A stretch of DNA of 61,821 nt, counting the filler, from Archaeoglobus sp. JdFR-37 (GTDB lineage Archaea > Halobacteriota > Archaeoglobi > Archaeoglobales > Archaeoglobaceae), in assembly GCA_002010215.1 (NCBI GenBank). It is 3 parts of 3 records of this genome, joined end to end, with 100 filler letters (N's around TTAATTAATTAA, not from the genome) between each part and the next. Parts side by side here need not be neighbours in the genome. Positions count along the whole stretch, not along the records: positions 41,623 to 61,821 come from MTMY01000049.1; 2 more parts are not named here. One strand, given 5' to 3'. Below are positions 47,813 through 57,329 of the stretch, in pieces. Every line of letters begins with the position of its first letter. The stretch's first letter is position 1. The notes beneath the pieces were generated by a model. That model saw nothing but the letters and a program-made list of their open reading frames with translations, did not search any database and was not told the DNA's origin. Position numbers and translations under genes: made by a program.

Positions 47813-48193
47813 ATGAAGCTTGGAGAAGCCATGGTGAAGGATGTTGTGACAGTAGATCACACTATGAAAGTTCTGGATGTGTGTAAACTCATGGGTGAGA
47901 AGAGGATTGGAAGTGTTCTTGTCGAGAAGGAGGGAAAAGTGTTCGGAATTTTTACCGAGAGAGACCTTGTTTCAAAGGTTATACCACGGAATGGTCTGGA
48001 GGATGAAGTGGGAAAATTTGCATCAACACCCCTCATTACTGTCTCTCCCGATTACTCAGTTAAAGAGGCAGCGAGGATAATGGCAGACATGAAAATAAGA
48101 AGACTGGTAATAGTGAATGGCGAAAAAGTTGTGGGGATTTTCACTGCAGCAGACCTTGCGAAGGTGATTGCTGAAAGCCCGTTAGACTTCTGA
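47813..48193 (+). CDS. CBS-domain pair protein
   Basis: GIFTERDL and GIFTAADL. Confidence 0.88.
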   Translation: MKLGEAMVKDVVTVDHTMKVLDVCKLMGEKRIGSVLVEKEGKVFGIFTERDLVSKVIPRNGLEDEVGKFASTPLITVSPDYSVKEAARIMADMKIRRLVIVNGEKVVGIFTAADLAKVIAESPLDF

Positions 48194-48203
48194 GGTGAGA
48201 TAA

Positions 48204-48401
48204 ATGGAGATGAAGTGCAAAACCTGTGGCAGAGCACTCAAAACAGAGGATGAAGGAATAATCTGGAGAAGATGCGAGATTTGCAAGACTCCGGTTTGTT
48301 TCAACGATATTCATTATATGGGAACGAAAGTCAAAGGACTATACAAAGACTACATAATGGTAATCCCGGTTTGTGAGGATGAGTTGAAAAGGAAAAAATA
48401 G
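48204..48401 (+). CDS. Small Cys-rich (zinc-finger-like) protein
   Basis: CKTCG, CEICK..VC and VC; GAGGTG RBS. Confidence 0.65.
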   Translation: MEMKCKTCGRALKTEDEGIIWRRCEICKTPVCFNDIHYMGTKVKGLYKDYIMVIPVCEDELKRKK

Positions 48402-48403
48402 AT

Positions 48404-49594
48404 TTATTTTACTGTTAATTTCTTACTCTGGAATTCTCTCTTTGACAATGGAATGTATTCTCTGCTTTTTGGCCCTATATACTGTGCTCTGGGCCTGATC
48501 AGCCTGTTAGTCTCATACTGTTCTATTATATGTGCAACCCAGCCAGCAATTCTACCCATTGCGAAGATGTTTATGAAGAGGTCGTCGGGGATGTGGAGGT
48601 TAGCATACACGCTAGCGGAATAGAAGTCCACGTTTGGAAGCAGCTTCTTGTATTTGTAGACTGCCTCCTCCACCGCCTCGCTTATCTTGAACCACTTGGG
48701 TTCTCCCTCCTCAGCCAGCTTCCTCGCCAGCTCTTTCAGCTCAAGGGTTCTGGGGTCCATTACGTTCTTGTACACCCTATGTCCAAAGCCCATTATCTTT
48801 TCTCCTTTCTCCAGCTTCTCCTTGACGTACGCTTCAGCTCTCCAAGGGACAGCTATTTCCCGCAACATCTCCATGACTTTCTGACTCGCCCCACCATGTA
48901 AGGGCCCCATTAGAGTTCCGGTTGCTGAAACAACACATGCGTACATATCCGCCAGTGTTGACGCCGAAATGCGGGCGGCAAAAGTTGACGCATTTAACTC
49001 GTGATCAGCATGTAGTATTAAGTCCACATCCAGTGCCTTCGCTTCTGTCTCTGTTGGTTCCTCCCCATGGAGCATATAGAGGAAGTTTGCAGCGTGATTG
49101 AGCTCATCATTTGGATTTATCAGCTTCTGGCCGGTTCTTATCCTGTGGAAGTACGCAACTATTGTGGGAATTTTTGCTATCAAACTCTTGGCCTTCTCGA
49201 TGCTCTTTTCGTGGCTCTTGAAGTGGATATACTTGTCCATCGAGCCAAGGTAGGAAATTGCAGTCCTCAATACAACCATTGGATGAGTAAAGGGTGGCAG
49301 ATGAGTCAGCAAGCCTATAATCTGTGGTGGCAACTCCCTCCTTTCTTTCAGTTCCTCGCTGAAAAGCTCCAACTCGCTTTTTGTTGGCAACTCGCCGTAC
49401 AGAAGGAGATAAGCAACCTCCTCATAATTGGAGTTCTTGGCCAAGTCGTGGATATTATATCCTCTGTACTCCAAAATTGCAGTTCCTTCAATCAGCTCAA
49501 TCCTGCATATTGTAGATGCACATGCAATTGTCTCCTTCAAACCCTCATCAACTTTAAGTTCACCTTTCAATTCACCCATATTTTCACCCCACAC
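48404..49594 (-). CDS. gltA: Citrate synthase (or 2-methylcitrate synthase)
   Basis: LHADHELNASTF, GPLHGGA, MGFGHRVYK and PNVDFYS. Confidence 0.92.
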   Translation of the reverse strand: MWGENMGELKGELKVDEGLKETIACASTICRIELIEGTAILEYRGYNIHDLAKNSNYEEVAYLLLYGELPTKSELELFSEELKERRELPPQIIGLLTHLPPFTHPMVVLRTAISYLGSMDKYIHFKSHEKSIEKAKSLIAKIPTIVAYFHRIRTGQKLINPNDELNHAANFLYMLHGEEPTETEAKALDVDLILHADHELNASTFAARISASTLADMYACVVSATGTLMGPLHGGASQKVMEMLREIAVPWRAEAYVKEKLEKGEKIMGFGHRVYKNVMDPRTLELKELARKLAEEGEPKWFKISEAVEEAVYKYKKLLPNVDFYSASVYANLHIPDDLFINIFAMGRIAGWVAHIIEQYETNRLIRPRAQYIGPKSREYIPLSKREFQSKKLTVK

Positions 49595-49601
49595 ACCTTC
49601 A

Positions 49602-51131
49602 TCATATCATCCTGTAAGACGGATATTTTTCCAGAATCATTCCGGAAACCAGAATCGGAGGCTCCTTCAACGCCAGTTCTATTGCCTGAGTGAGTTTCCA
49701 TTCCTTATCAGCGTAAATTGTAAGAAGCTTGTCACCTGGTTTTACAACCTCTCCCTTCTTCTTATGAATGTAGACCCCTGCACCCTTATCCTTGGGAGCC
49801 CCAGCAGCTCTGGCAATTCTGACAATTCTTTTGTTGTCCACGTTTACAACGGCCCCCTCATATGTTGATTCAACGTGGTAAACCTTGTCTCCTATCGGAA
49901 TGTCGTCAGATTTGACATTTGGGTCTCCTCCCTGGGCTTCGACCATCTCTCTGAATTTTTCGAGGGTCTTTCCAGACTCAAAGAGTCTTCTTGCAGCTTC
50001 GTATCCGTTAGCAGCTTTCCCCGTCATCTCAAGAAGTATCCCAGCTATGCCCATTGACTTCTCCAGGAGGCTTGTGGAACCCTTTCCTTCTTCCATAGCC
50101 TTCAAAGCTTCCCATGCTTCGAGGGCTGGCCCAACAGCCCTACCAACCGGCTGTCCTCCATAGGTTATGGCACATGTAATATTTAAGCCCAGACGTCTTC
50201 CAAGTTCTACAAAATCGTTGCTGAGTTCCCTTGCAATCTCCATAGTTGGAACCTTTGCCCCTTCGCCTGTGGGGATGTCGATGACCGCATACTTCGCACC
50301 TATCGCCCCCTTCTTCGCCATAACACTGGCAAGAAGCTGAGGTTTTGGATCGATGGATAGAGGATATTCAACCTGGATAATCTTGTCATCTGCCGGAGCA
50401 ATATAAGTTGCGCCTCCCCAAGCGATAACTCCGCCAACCCTTTCTGTTATCTCTTTTATCTCCTCTACACCCAGATTCACATTGGCTAGGACTTCCATGG
50501 TATCTGCAGTCCCGCTTGCAGACGTTATGGCTCTGCTTGCAGTCTTCGGAATTAGCAAACCGCTGGCGGCAATGGTGGGAACAATCATTAGACTTATCTT
50601 GTTACCTGGCACACCGCCTATACTGTGCTTGTCTACAACGATTCCCCTCTCGAAAGTTATTGTCTCTCCAGTCTCGATCATGGCCTTTGTCATCCATTCA
50701 ATCTCATCGAAATCCATGGTTTTGACGTAATTTGAAATTACAAAGGCCGCTATCTCCACGTCGGTCAGGCTATTATTTACAATATCCTCTATTATCTGGT
50801 ATATCTCATCCTTTGAGAGCTTATGTCCATCCATCTTCTTCCTGATGTAATCAACAGAGGCAGGGCGGGGAAAAGGATAAATGCCGACCTCATCTCCTTC
50901 GTCTACCATCAGTTCTTCCATAACGCTGGAGTAAAGCCCTACCTCTCCTCTCTCAATAAGTCCTGTACCAATCTGCACATCTGCTGTACATGACTTCCCG
51001 CCGAAGGTGACCCTTACTCTATCACCTACAAGCACGCCTATTTCTTCAGCATCACCTTGATTCAGGATGACAGAGAGCCTTTCTATCTTTACCGGAATCT
51101 TCTTGACCCGAAATTTCATCCCAGATGACAT
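49602..51131 (-). CDS. deoA: AMP phosphorylase
   Basis: DKHSIGGVPGNK, PKTASRAITSASGTAD and ARAAGAPKDKGAG. Confidence 0.93.
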   Translation of the reverse strand: MSSGMKFRVKKIPVKIERLSVILNQGDAEEIGVLVGDRVRVTFGGKSCTADVQIGTGLIERGEVGLYSSVMEELMVDEGDEVGIYPFPRPASVDYIRKKMDGHKLSKDEIYQIIEDIVNNSLTDVEIAAFVISNYVKTMDFDEIEWMTKAMIETGETITFERGIVVDKHSIGGVPGNKISLMIVPTIAASGLLIPKTASRAITSASGTADTMEVLANVNLGVEEIKEITERVGGVIAWGGATYIAPADDKIIQVEYPLSIDPKPQLLASVMAKKGAIGAKYAVIDIPTGEGAKVPTMEIARELSNDFVELGRRLGLNITCAITYGGQPVGRAVGPALEAWEALKAMEEGKGSTSLLEKSMGIAGILLEMTGKAANGYEAARRLFESGKTLEKFREMVEAQGGDPNVKSDDIPIGDKVYHVESTYEGAVVNVDNKRIVRIARAAGAPKDKGAGVYIHKKKGEVVKPGDKLLTIYADKEWKLTQAIELALKEPPILVSGMILEKYPSYRMI

Positions 51132-51172
51132 CTTTTCCCTCCGTATTTAAGTTTTTTTAATGACATTGTATA

Positions 51173-52006
51173 TCACTTATTGAATTTGTATTTCTTCGCA
51201 TGTTTCGCCTTAAGAATTTCTATTCCCAGCTCCTCAGCAATGCCTGACAACATCTTTTTCACATCGGATGTGGTTGATTTATCGTCGTATATTATACAAT
51301 CACTCTTATCAAGTTCAATAACCTTCGTGAGAAACTCTTTCGAGAGTCCCTGAAAGGTATATTTTGCGAAAATGTGGGAGAAGGAAAATACGGTTTCTAG
51401 GAGGAGTTCGGTTTGTCTTGGTGCGTAATGAGTTCCACCTATCCCCAGAGCAACCCTCCATTGCCTCTCATCCTCTATTGCTCTCAGCATGCTCTTTGCG
51501 ACGCACATTGCAGCAGCCTCATCTTTCCACTCCTCTTCAGTAGATCCAATCTCATAGAAGGCTGAAGGGGTTTTGATTTCAGAGGGGCCGTGGTGAGTTG
51601 CCTCCATTGTGAACTCGTATCCTTCGAGGCCTATTATTTCATCTTTAAGCCAGAGAGCATAGTTTTTCATGGTGTTGGGTGCAGGCATTGCTACACTGTA
51701 GGGCTTCCCGCCAAAGTCTGCTGTTGAAACATTGCCGGTTGTATGGACGGTAAGGATTTTTCTTCCGTCTTTACTGCTGTGTCTGGATGCAAAAAGAATC
51801 TCATGGAAGTTCAGATACTTTGAAAGTCTTTCATCCACGAAATCCGCATAAATTAGCCTCTCTTTAATCTCCACAATACCGAACTTCCCACAATCATAAA
51901 ATAGATAATCCCCTACCTTCTTTTCTTCATAATCCACCATAGAGAGGATGCAATTCTTAATATTCTGCCCTGCCAGGTCTTTTTCGCTGTAAAGGATGAG
52001 CTTCAT
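51173..52006 (-). CDS. dtdA: D-aminoacyl-tRNA deacylase (DTD2)
   Basis: SRHSS, LTVHTTGN, EATHHGP, EIGS and GGTHYAP. Confidence 0.92.
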   Translation of the reverse strand: MKLILYSEKDLAGQNIKNCILSMVDYEEKKVGDYLFYDCGKFGIVEIKERLIYADFVDERLSKYLNFHEILFASRHSSKDGRKILTVHTTGNVSTADFGGKPYSVAMPAPNTMKNYALWLKDEIIGLEGYEFTMEATHHGPSEIKTPSAFYEIGSTEEEWKDEAAAMCVAKSMLRAIEDERQWRVALGIGGTHYAPRQTELLLETVFSFSHIFAKYTFQGLSKEFLTKVIELDKSDCIIYDDKSTTSDVKKMLSGIAEELGIEILKAKHAKKYKFNK

Positions 52007-52064
52007 GGGATAAGTTGAACTGCAATTTAAAAATCTTGCAGTAAGTTAACACATCGCTGAATTA

Positions 52065-52994
52065 TTATTTTACATAGAAGCACTCTCCTGAAAAAACCCT
52101 TTTTAATTCTCCATCCTCTATCAAAAGCGCTCCATCTGAGTCTATACCCACAGCAATCCCCTCATAGCTCTTACCAGCAACAGAAATCTTTACTTTCCTG
52201 CCCAATGTGTCGGATAGCTCCACCCACTTTTCCCTAATTCTTTCCCATTCTCCTGAGATGAGTTGAGAATATCTCTGGGAGAACCTCTCCATTACAAGCT
52301 CAAATACATCCAGAATACCTACTTCATAGCCAAGCTGCCTCAGGTTGGTTGCAGGAACATCGTCAGGCACGGGATTAGAAACATTTATCCCAACACCTAC
52401 CACAACCTTCACCCTCAAATCCTCCCCCACTACTTCACTCAAAATTCCACACACCTTTTTCCCGTCAACAAGCACGTCGTTGGGCCATTTCAATTTAGCA
52501 TTGGCAAAACTGAGGGCTTCCGCTACTGCTACACCTGCTGTAAGTGTCAGTTTGGGGACTTCTGACACGGGTAGACCTGGAGATAGAGCCATGGAGAAAT
52601 ATAGACCCCCGCTTTCGCTCATCCAGTACCTGCCCAGCCTTCCTCTTCCCTTTATCTGCTTTTCAGCCATCACTACCGCTTCATTAAGTTCCCTAGCAAT
52701 CCTGTTTGTTGAATCGATTTCTTTGAAGAACACAAATTGCTGAAAAAGCTGCGTTTCAAAAACGATTTTTGAAGCTCTGAATGGTGACAAGTCGGGCTCT
52801 GAAACTATTCTGTATCCTTTTCTGCTTTTTTCGACAGTATATCCCCATTCTTCCAGTTTTTTAACCATCTTCCAGACAGATACTCTGCTTACTCCAAGTT
52901 CTGCAGCTGCACTCTCTCCACTTGCTCCCTCATTAAGAAGCCTGATGAGTTTGAGAAATTTGTTGGAGAGGTCTCTGCTCAGGATGAGCTTCAT
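52065..52994 (-). CDS. birA: Biotin-protein ligase with N-terminal HTH
   Basis: SGESAAAELGVSRVSVWK, DSTN, GRGRLGR, KWPND and KKVCGIL. Confidence 0.92.
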   Translation of the reverse strand: MKLILSRDLSNKFLKLIRLLNEGASGESAAAELGVSRVSVWKMVKKLEEWGYTVEKSRKGYRIVSEPDLSPFRASKIVFETQLFQQFVFFKEIDSTNRIARELNEAVVMAEKQIKGRGRLGRYWMSESGGLYFSMALSPGLPVSEVPKLTLTAGVAVAEALSFANAKLKWPNDVLVDGKKVCGILSEVVGEDLRVKVVVGVGINVSNPVPDDVPATNLRQLGYEVGILDVFELVMERFSQRYSQLISGEWERIREKWVELSDTLGRKVKISVAGKSYEGIAVGIDSDGALLIEDGELKRVFSGECFYVK

Positions 52995-53032
52995 AAACGG
53001 GACTCGATAAAGGTTAATATGAGTGTTTTGAT

Positions 53033-53566
53033 ATGGTCAGCATGGAAAGTGTTGAAAGTGTTGAAAGAATGGCGAGATTCATATTCGAGATGTGCTCCAT
53101 GAAAAATGTTCCCAGATCAGGATGGTTTAAAGTTGGAATTGATAATCCTGAAAGCGTAGCTGAACACTCATTCCTCACAGCAATAATAGCTTACTTTATT
53201 GCCAGAGAAGAGGGCTGTGACCCTTTCAAGGCAGCCTTTGCAGCACTGCTTCACGACAGCCACGAAAGCAGAACCCTTGACCTCCACAGACTGGCAAAGA
53301 GGTATGTGGAGGTAGATGAGGAGAGAGCAAGGAGAGAGCAGACGAAGGGGCTGGAGCTCCCGGACTTCAGCGATGTGGAGAAAGTTGTCAGAGATGCTGA
53401 TAAACTTGAACTGCTGGTTCAGGCAAAGATTTACTCCCGGAAATGCAAAGATGCCATGAAATACGTTGAAAACTTGGATTTTGAAACAGAAACAGGAAAA
53501 AGACTGGAGAAGGTTATAAGAGAGATAGATGATAGGTGGTGGCTGGAGTTTGAAGTTCATCTGTGA
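53033..53566 (+). CDS. HD-domain hydrolase (YfbR/HDDC2-like nucleotidase)
   Basis: PRSGW, ESVAEHS, LLHD and DADKLE. Confidence 0.88.
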   Translation: MVSMESVESVERMARFIFEMCSMKNVPRSGWFKVGIDNPESVAEHSFLTAIIAYFIAREEGCDPFKAAFAALLHDSHESRTLDLHRLAKRYVEVDEERARREQTKGLELPDFSDVEKVVRDADKLELLVQAKIYSRKCKDAMKYVENLDFETETGKRLEKVIREIDDRWWLEFEVHL

Positions 53567-54254
53567 CAGAATGCTTGGAAAACTCACAACATGGCTGAGG
53601 ATTGCAGGTTACGATACTCTTTATGTAAGCGAGCTGAACATCTTGGGTGATGAGGATACTTACATGCTCAGAAATCACCGCGATAGAATTCTGATAACAA
53701 AAGACAGAAACCTGTATGCAAGGTGTCTTAAGGAGGAAAGGAAAGCGATACTGATTAAATCTGACAGGCTGGCTGGGCAGATGAAAGAGCTGCAGAAACT
53801 GGGAATAAGTTTCGAGCCCGTTATGGATAGATGCAGTGTGTGCAACTCCATGTTGAGGAAACCAAGCGCTGAAGAAGCGAGGAGAGTTATGGACAGGGAG
53901 GGAATATCTGAGGACCTTGCTGCAAAATACGAGCTCTGGTATTGTCAGAGGTGCGACAAGCTATACTGGATGGGAAGCCACTGGAGGAATATGATGAAGT
54001 TTTTGAAAGAGAACAATTTTATATCGTCAAAGGAAGGCGAGCTCATGGAACTCGGGGAGAACCTTACAAAGCTCTCAAAGCTTCTCCATCATTGGATTGA
54101 ACATAGCAAAGAACACACTTCGAAGTACCTAGAGTGGGCCGAGAAGGTTGAAGCTGAAAACCCAGAAATTGCAGAATTATTACGAAAAGCTGCGAAAAAG
54201 TTCAGAGAGGGGGAGGAAATTTTCGAAAAAGCTCTTGAGAGAATTGAAGAGTGA
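53550..54254 (+). CDS. Mut7-C RNase-domain protein with an in-frame His-rich helical C-terminal domain
   Basis: FICDRMLGKL..WLRIAGYDT, RCSVCN and CQRCDKLYWMGSHW, followed by HHWIEHSKEH. Confidence 0.85.
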   Translation: MKFICDRMLGKLTTWLRIAGYDTLYVSELNILGDEDTYMLRNHRDRILITKDRNLYARCLKEERKAILIKSDRLAGQMKELQKLGISFEPVMDRCSVCNSMLRKPSAEEARRVMDREGISEDLAAKYELWYCQRCDKLYWMGSHWRNMMKFLKENNFISSKEGELMELGENLTKLSKLLHHWIEHSKEHTSKYLEWAEKVEAENPEIAELLRKAAKKFREGEEIFEKALERIEE

Positions 54255-54261
54255 AGGGTGA

Positions 54262-55161
54262 ATGATGATGTATGAGCGACTTCTCAGGATAGAACTTTGT
54301 GGTATGAAAATGAAGAACCCCATGATGTTGGCAAGCGGCATCCTTGGTAGTTACGCATCATCTCTCACGAGACTCTCTGAACATGCCGGAGCTGTTGTTG
54401 CAAAATCGGTAGGAATGGAGGAGAGGGAGGGTTATGCAAATCCGACCGTTATAAACTATTCCCACGGCCTCATCAACGCTGTTGGCCTTGCCTCACCCGG
54501 AGCCGTTAAGTTTGCAGAGGAGCTATCCAAATACGAAGGGGATGCTCCCCTTATTGTTAGCCTCTTCGCCTCTGAACCTCAAGAATTTGCTGCTCTCACA
54601 TCCTACTTTCCAATGGCTTCGGCTTTTGAGCTCAATCTCAGCTGTCCCCATGCTGAAAAGGTTGGACTGGCTATTGGAAGTGATCCAGAGCTGGTTTACG
54701 AAGTTGTAAGGGAAGTTGCAAAATCTACACAAAAGCCAGTCTTTGCAAAACTCTCTCCAAATGTTGACGTTGTGGAGATTGGTAAAGCTGCAGAAGAAGC
54801 AGGAGCCGATGCTGTTGTTGCCATAAACACACTTAAGGGGATGAAGATCGACATAGTGGCCAGAAAGCCAATTTTGAGTAATGTGAGCGGAGGGGTGAGT
54901 GGCGAAGCCATGAAACCAATCGCAGTCAAAGCTGTCTGGGATCTATATGAAGAACTTTCAATCCCCATCATCGGTGCTGGAGGCGTTACAAGCTGGAAGG
55001 ATATTGTGGAGTTCATGATGGCTGGCGCAACGGCTGTGCAGATAGGTTCTGCTTTTTATTATTCAAATCGCTATTTCTACAGCCTCAAGGAGAGTCTAAT
55101 AGCCTATGTTAGGTGGACTGGAGAAAGGCTTGAGGACATCGTTGGTGCTGCCCACTCTTGA
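54262..55161 (+). CDS. pyrD: Dihydroorotate dehydrogenase B, catalytic subunit
   Basis: NPMMLASG, ELNLSCPH, KLSPN, INT and GATAVQIG. Confidence 0.93.
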   Translation: MMMYERLLRIELCGMKMKNPMMLASGILGSYASSLTRLSEHAGAVVAKSVGMEEREGYANPTVINYSHGLINAVGLASPGAVKFAEELSKYEGDAPLIVSLFASEPQEFAALTSYFPMASAFELNLSCPHAEKVGLAIGSDPELVYEVVREVAKSTQKPVFAKLSPNVDVVEIGKAAEEAGADAVVAINTLKGMKIDIVARKPILSNVSGGVSGEAMKPIAVKAVWDLYEELSIPIIGAGGVTSWKDIVEFMMAGATAVQIGSAFYYSNRYFYSLKESLIAYVRWTGERLEDIVGAAHS

Positions 55162-55233
55162 AGGGGTAAAACTAAAAATAGGTGGATCTGATACTTATCT
55201 GATAAACCCGATAAATCTGATACTAATCTAATC

Positions 55234-55839
55234 TTAATCCCTGAAATAACGCTCCAGAATTTTTTTCTGACCCCTTCTCAAAATTTCTGAGAGAGTAGAA
55301 GGAGCAATGCCGAATATTTCTGACAGCTCTTCCAGTTTGATTTTTTTGGGATAGTCAAAATATCCTTTCTCTAAAGCAATCCTGAGAATTTCTTCCTCTC
55401 TATAGGTCACAGCACTCCTAGTACCCGGTTTGCCCTTGTAAAGCAGGTCAAAATCTATTCCTTCGTTCTCAAGAGTTCTGACCAGCTTTACAAAAGAGTC
55501 CTCGCTGCAAATCAGGTTCCATATCACACCGTTCTCAACTATATCTGCAGAGGTAATCAGACAACCGGACTCAAGTATTTTGAGGGCAGTAACGCATGTA
55601 TGCTCCCTAACAAAAACCTTGGCTTCACTGCTGGAGACAATGTAGGCCTCACATACTGGTGGCAACTCCTCCATGGCCTTTTTGACTTCTTTGGCTTTTA
55701 AGTCAACAATACTGGTTATCGCTTTGCCGTTAAGCCTCGAAATATTCTCGATCTTTATCACAGCAGACTCCAGCACCTTTCTCAAGGCACTCATAAGGCA
55801 GTATGGTGGGAGAGTAGTTTTTATCTGGACTTCGATCAT
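55234..55839 (-). CDS. HTH-10 (bacterio-opsin activator-type) transcriptional regulator
   Basis: ALEKGYFDYPKKIKLEELSEIFGIAPSTLSEILRRG; start reassigned to MIEVQ. Confidence 0.85.
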   Translation of the reverse strand: MIEVQIKTTLPPYCLMSALRKVLESAVIKIENISRLNGKAITSIVDLKAKEVKKAMEELPPVCEAYIVSSSEAKVFVREHTCVTALKILESGCLITSADIVENGVIWNLICSEDSFVKLVRTLENEGIDFDLLYKGKPGTRSAVTYREEEILRIALEKGYFDYPKKIKLEELSEIFGIAPSTLSEILRRGQKKILERYFRD

Positions 55840-55872
55840 CACATCAACTCCATATTTCCAGTATTTAAGGAT

Positions 55873-55909
55873 GTTCAAAGATACCGTTCAAAGATACTCA
55901 AAAGATGTC
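55873..55909. repeat. Tandem 12-bp direct repeats in a divergent promoter region
   Basis: GTTCAAAGATAC at 55873 and 55886, plus a degenerate TCAAAAGATGTC at 55898. Confidence 0.6.
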
Positions 55910-55944
55910 CAAAAATTTATAAGTTGTCGAGGATAGCGCTTGAA

Positions 55945-56646
55945 GTGTTCAGCCTGAAGGTTGAGGAAATAATAAGGCACAGCGAAACCATATCCACAAT
56001 TTTCTTCAGCGGGAAGCTGAGAAGTTATCCAGGTCAGTTTATAATGCTCAATGTATTTGGCCTTGAAGAAATCCCGCTGAGCCTTTCTTCTCCCGACTCC
56101 GTTACGGTAAAGGCGGTGGGTGAAACAACGAAGGCTCTAATCTCCATTCCTACTGGCACTTTCGTTGGAGTCCGCGGTCCATTTGGCAGGCCATTCTCCC
56201 CTACAAACAAAAAGGCCCTTTTTGTAGCAGGAGGGATTGGCATAGCTCCTCTAGTCTTTCTCAACGATTTCCTAACTGCATGTGGAGCTAAAGTGAGGTT
56301 GTTATACGGTGCAAAAAGCAGTGATGAGCTAGTGTGGGTTGACAGATTCGACGAGGTTAGAATTTCCACTGAAGACGGAAGTGAAGGGCTGAAGGGGACA
56401 GTGTTGGACTTGCTTAAAGATGAAAACCTCAGGGATTACGACAGAATCTATGTTTGCGGCCCGGAAGCGATGCTCAGAAAGGTTCTTGAAATCGTGAAGA
56501 AAGAAGGGATGGAGAAGCGAACAGAGTTTTCAGTAGAGCGAATGATGAAGTGCGGAATAGGGGTTTGCGGAAGCTGTGTTCTAGAGGATGGGTTGAGAGT
56601 ATGTGCAGAGGGGCCTGTTTTCAGGGGAGACGAGTTGCTCTGGTAG
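55945..56646 (+). CDS. pyrK: Dihydroorotate dehydrogenase electron transfer subunit
   Basis: PGQF, RGPFG, AGGIGIAP, CGP and MKCGIGVCGSC...VC..GPVF. Confidence 0.92.
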   Translation: MFSLKVEEIIRHSETISTIFFSGKLRSYPGQFIMLNVFGLEEIPLSLSSPDSVTVKAVGETTKALISIPTGTFVGVRGPFGRPFSPTNKKALFVAGGIGIAPLVFLNDFLTACGAKVRLLYGAKSSDELVWVDRFDEVRISTEDGSEGLKGTVLDLLKDENLRDYDRIYVCGPEAMLRKVLEIVKKEGMEKRTEFSVERMMKCGIGVCGSCVLEDGLRVCAEGPVFRGDELLW

Positions 56647-57323
56647 TTTTTGCTTTATTCATATCACTGTTCTTGGCAGGATGTGGTCAGAAGCAGGATG
56701 TTGTGATCTGGGATGCAGAACATAAGCCTGTGTTTCCTCCAAAATCTTTTTCCAGGTTCATTTCTTCCATGGAATCCTCTGGTCTGGTTGTTATTGAAGG
56801 CAGTCCAGATGATCTCGAAGGTGTAAAAGGTGTAGAAGGATACATTATAGCTGGGCCCACAACATCTTTTGAAGCAGACGAGATAAGCCGAATTGAGGAG
56901 TTTGTAAAGGCTGGTGGGAAACTGGTAGTTATGGTACACATCCCACCTTCAAATCTGAAACCGCTGCTGGACACTTTTGGCATTGAAATCTCATTAGAGC
57001 CTTTAAAGGGTAGGGATGTTAAAGCTATGCCCGCATACAGTCACATTCTTACCGAGGAGATTGACGAAATACTGCTCTTCGGATGCTTTAAGGTTAGTAA
57101 CCCCATTTTCACTGTGAAGTCACAGGCAGGGATGGGTTTTCAGAATGGAGAGGCAGGGGGAGCAGAAGGGGTCGTGGGAGTTGTTGGTTTCAGGAAGTAT
57201 GGGGAGGGGGAGATTCTTGTTATAGGGGATGATACCCTCTTTATGGACGACTACATAAATTCCGGCGATAACTTGAAGTTTGCACAGAATATAGCAAAGT
57301 GGCTGGGCCTCAGGAGCGTTTGA
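56601..57323 (+). CDS. Predicted lipoprotein with a GATase-like (DUF4350/GldG-type) domain
   Basis: RR, hydrophobic stretch and LAGC lipobox; EISRIEEFVKAGGKL, GEGEILVIGD and DNLKFAQN; start uncertain. Confidence 0.7.
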   Translation: MCRGACFQGRRVALVVFALFISLFLAGCGQKQDVVIWDAEHKPVFPPKSFSRFISSMESSGLVVIEGSPDDLEGVKGVEGYIIAGPTTSFEADEISRIEEFVKAGGKLVVMVHIPPSNLKPLLDTFGIEISLEPLKGRDVKAMPAYSHILTEEIDEILLFGCFKVSNPIFTVKSQAGMGFQNGEAGGAEGVVGVVGFRKYGEGEILVIGDDTLFMDDYINSGDNLKFAQNIAKWLGLRSV

Positions 57324-57329
57324 GAGGGT

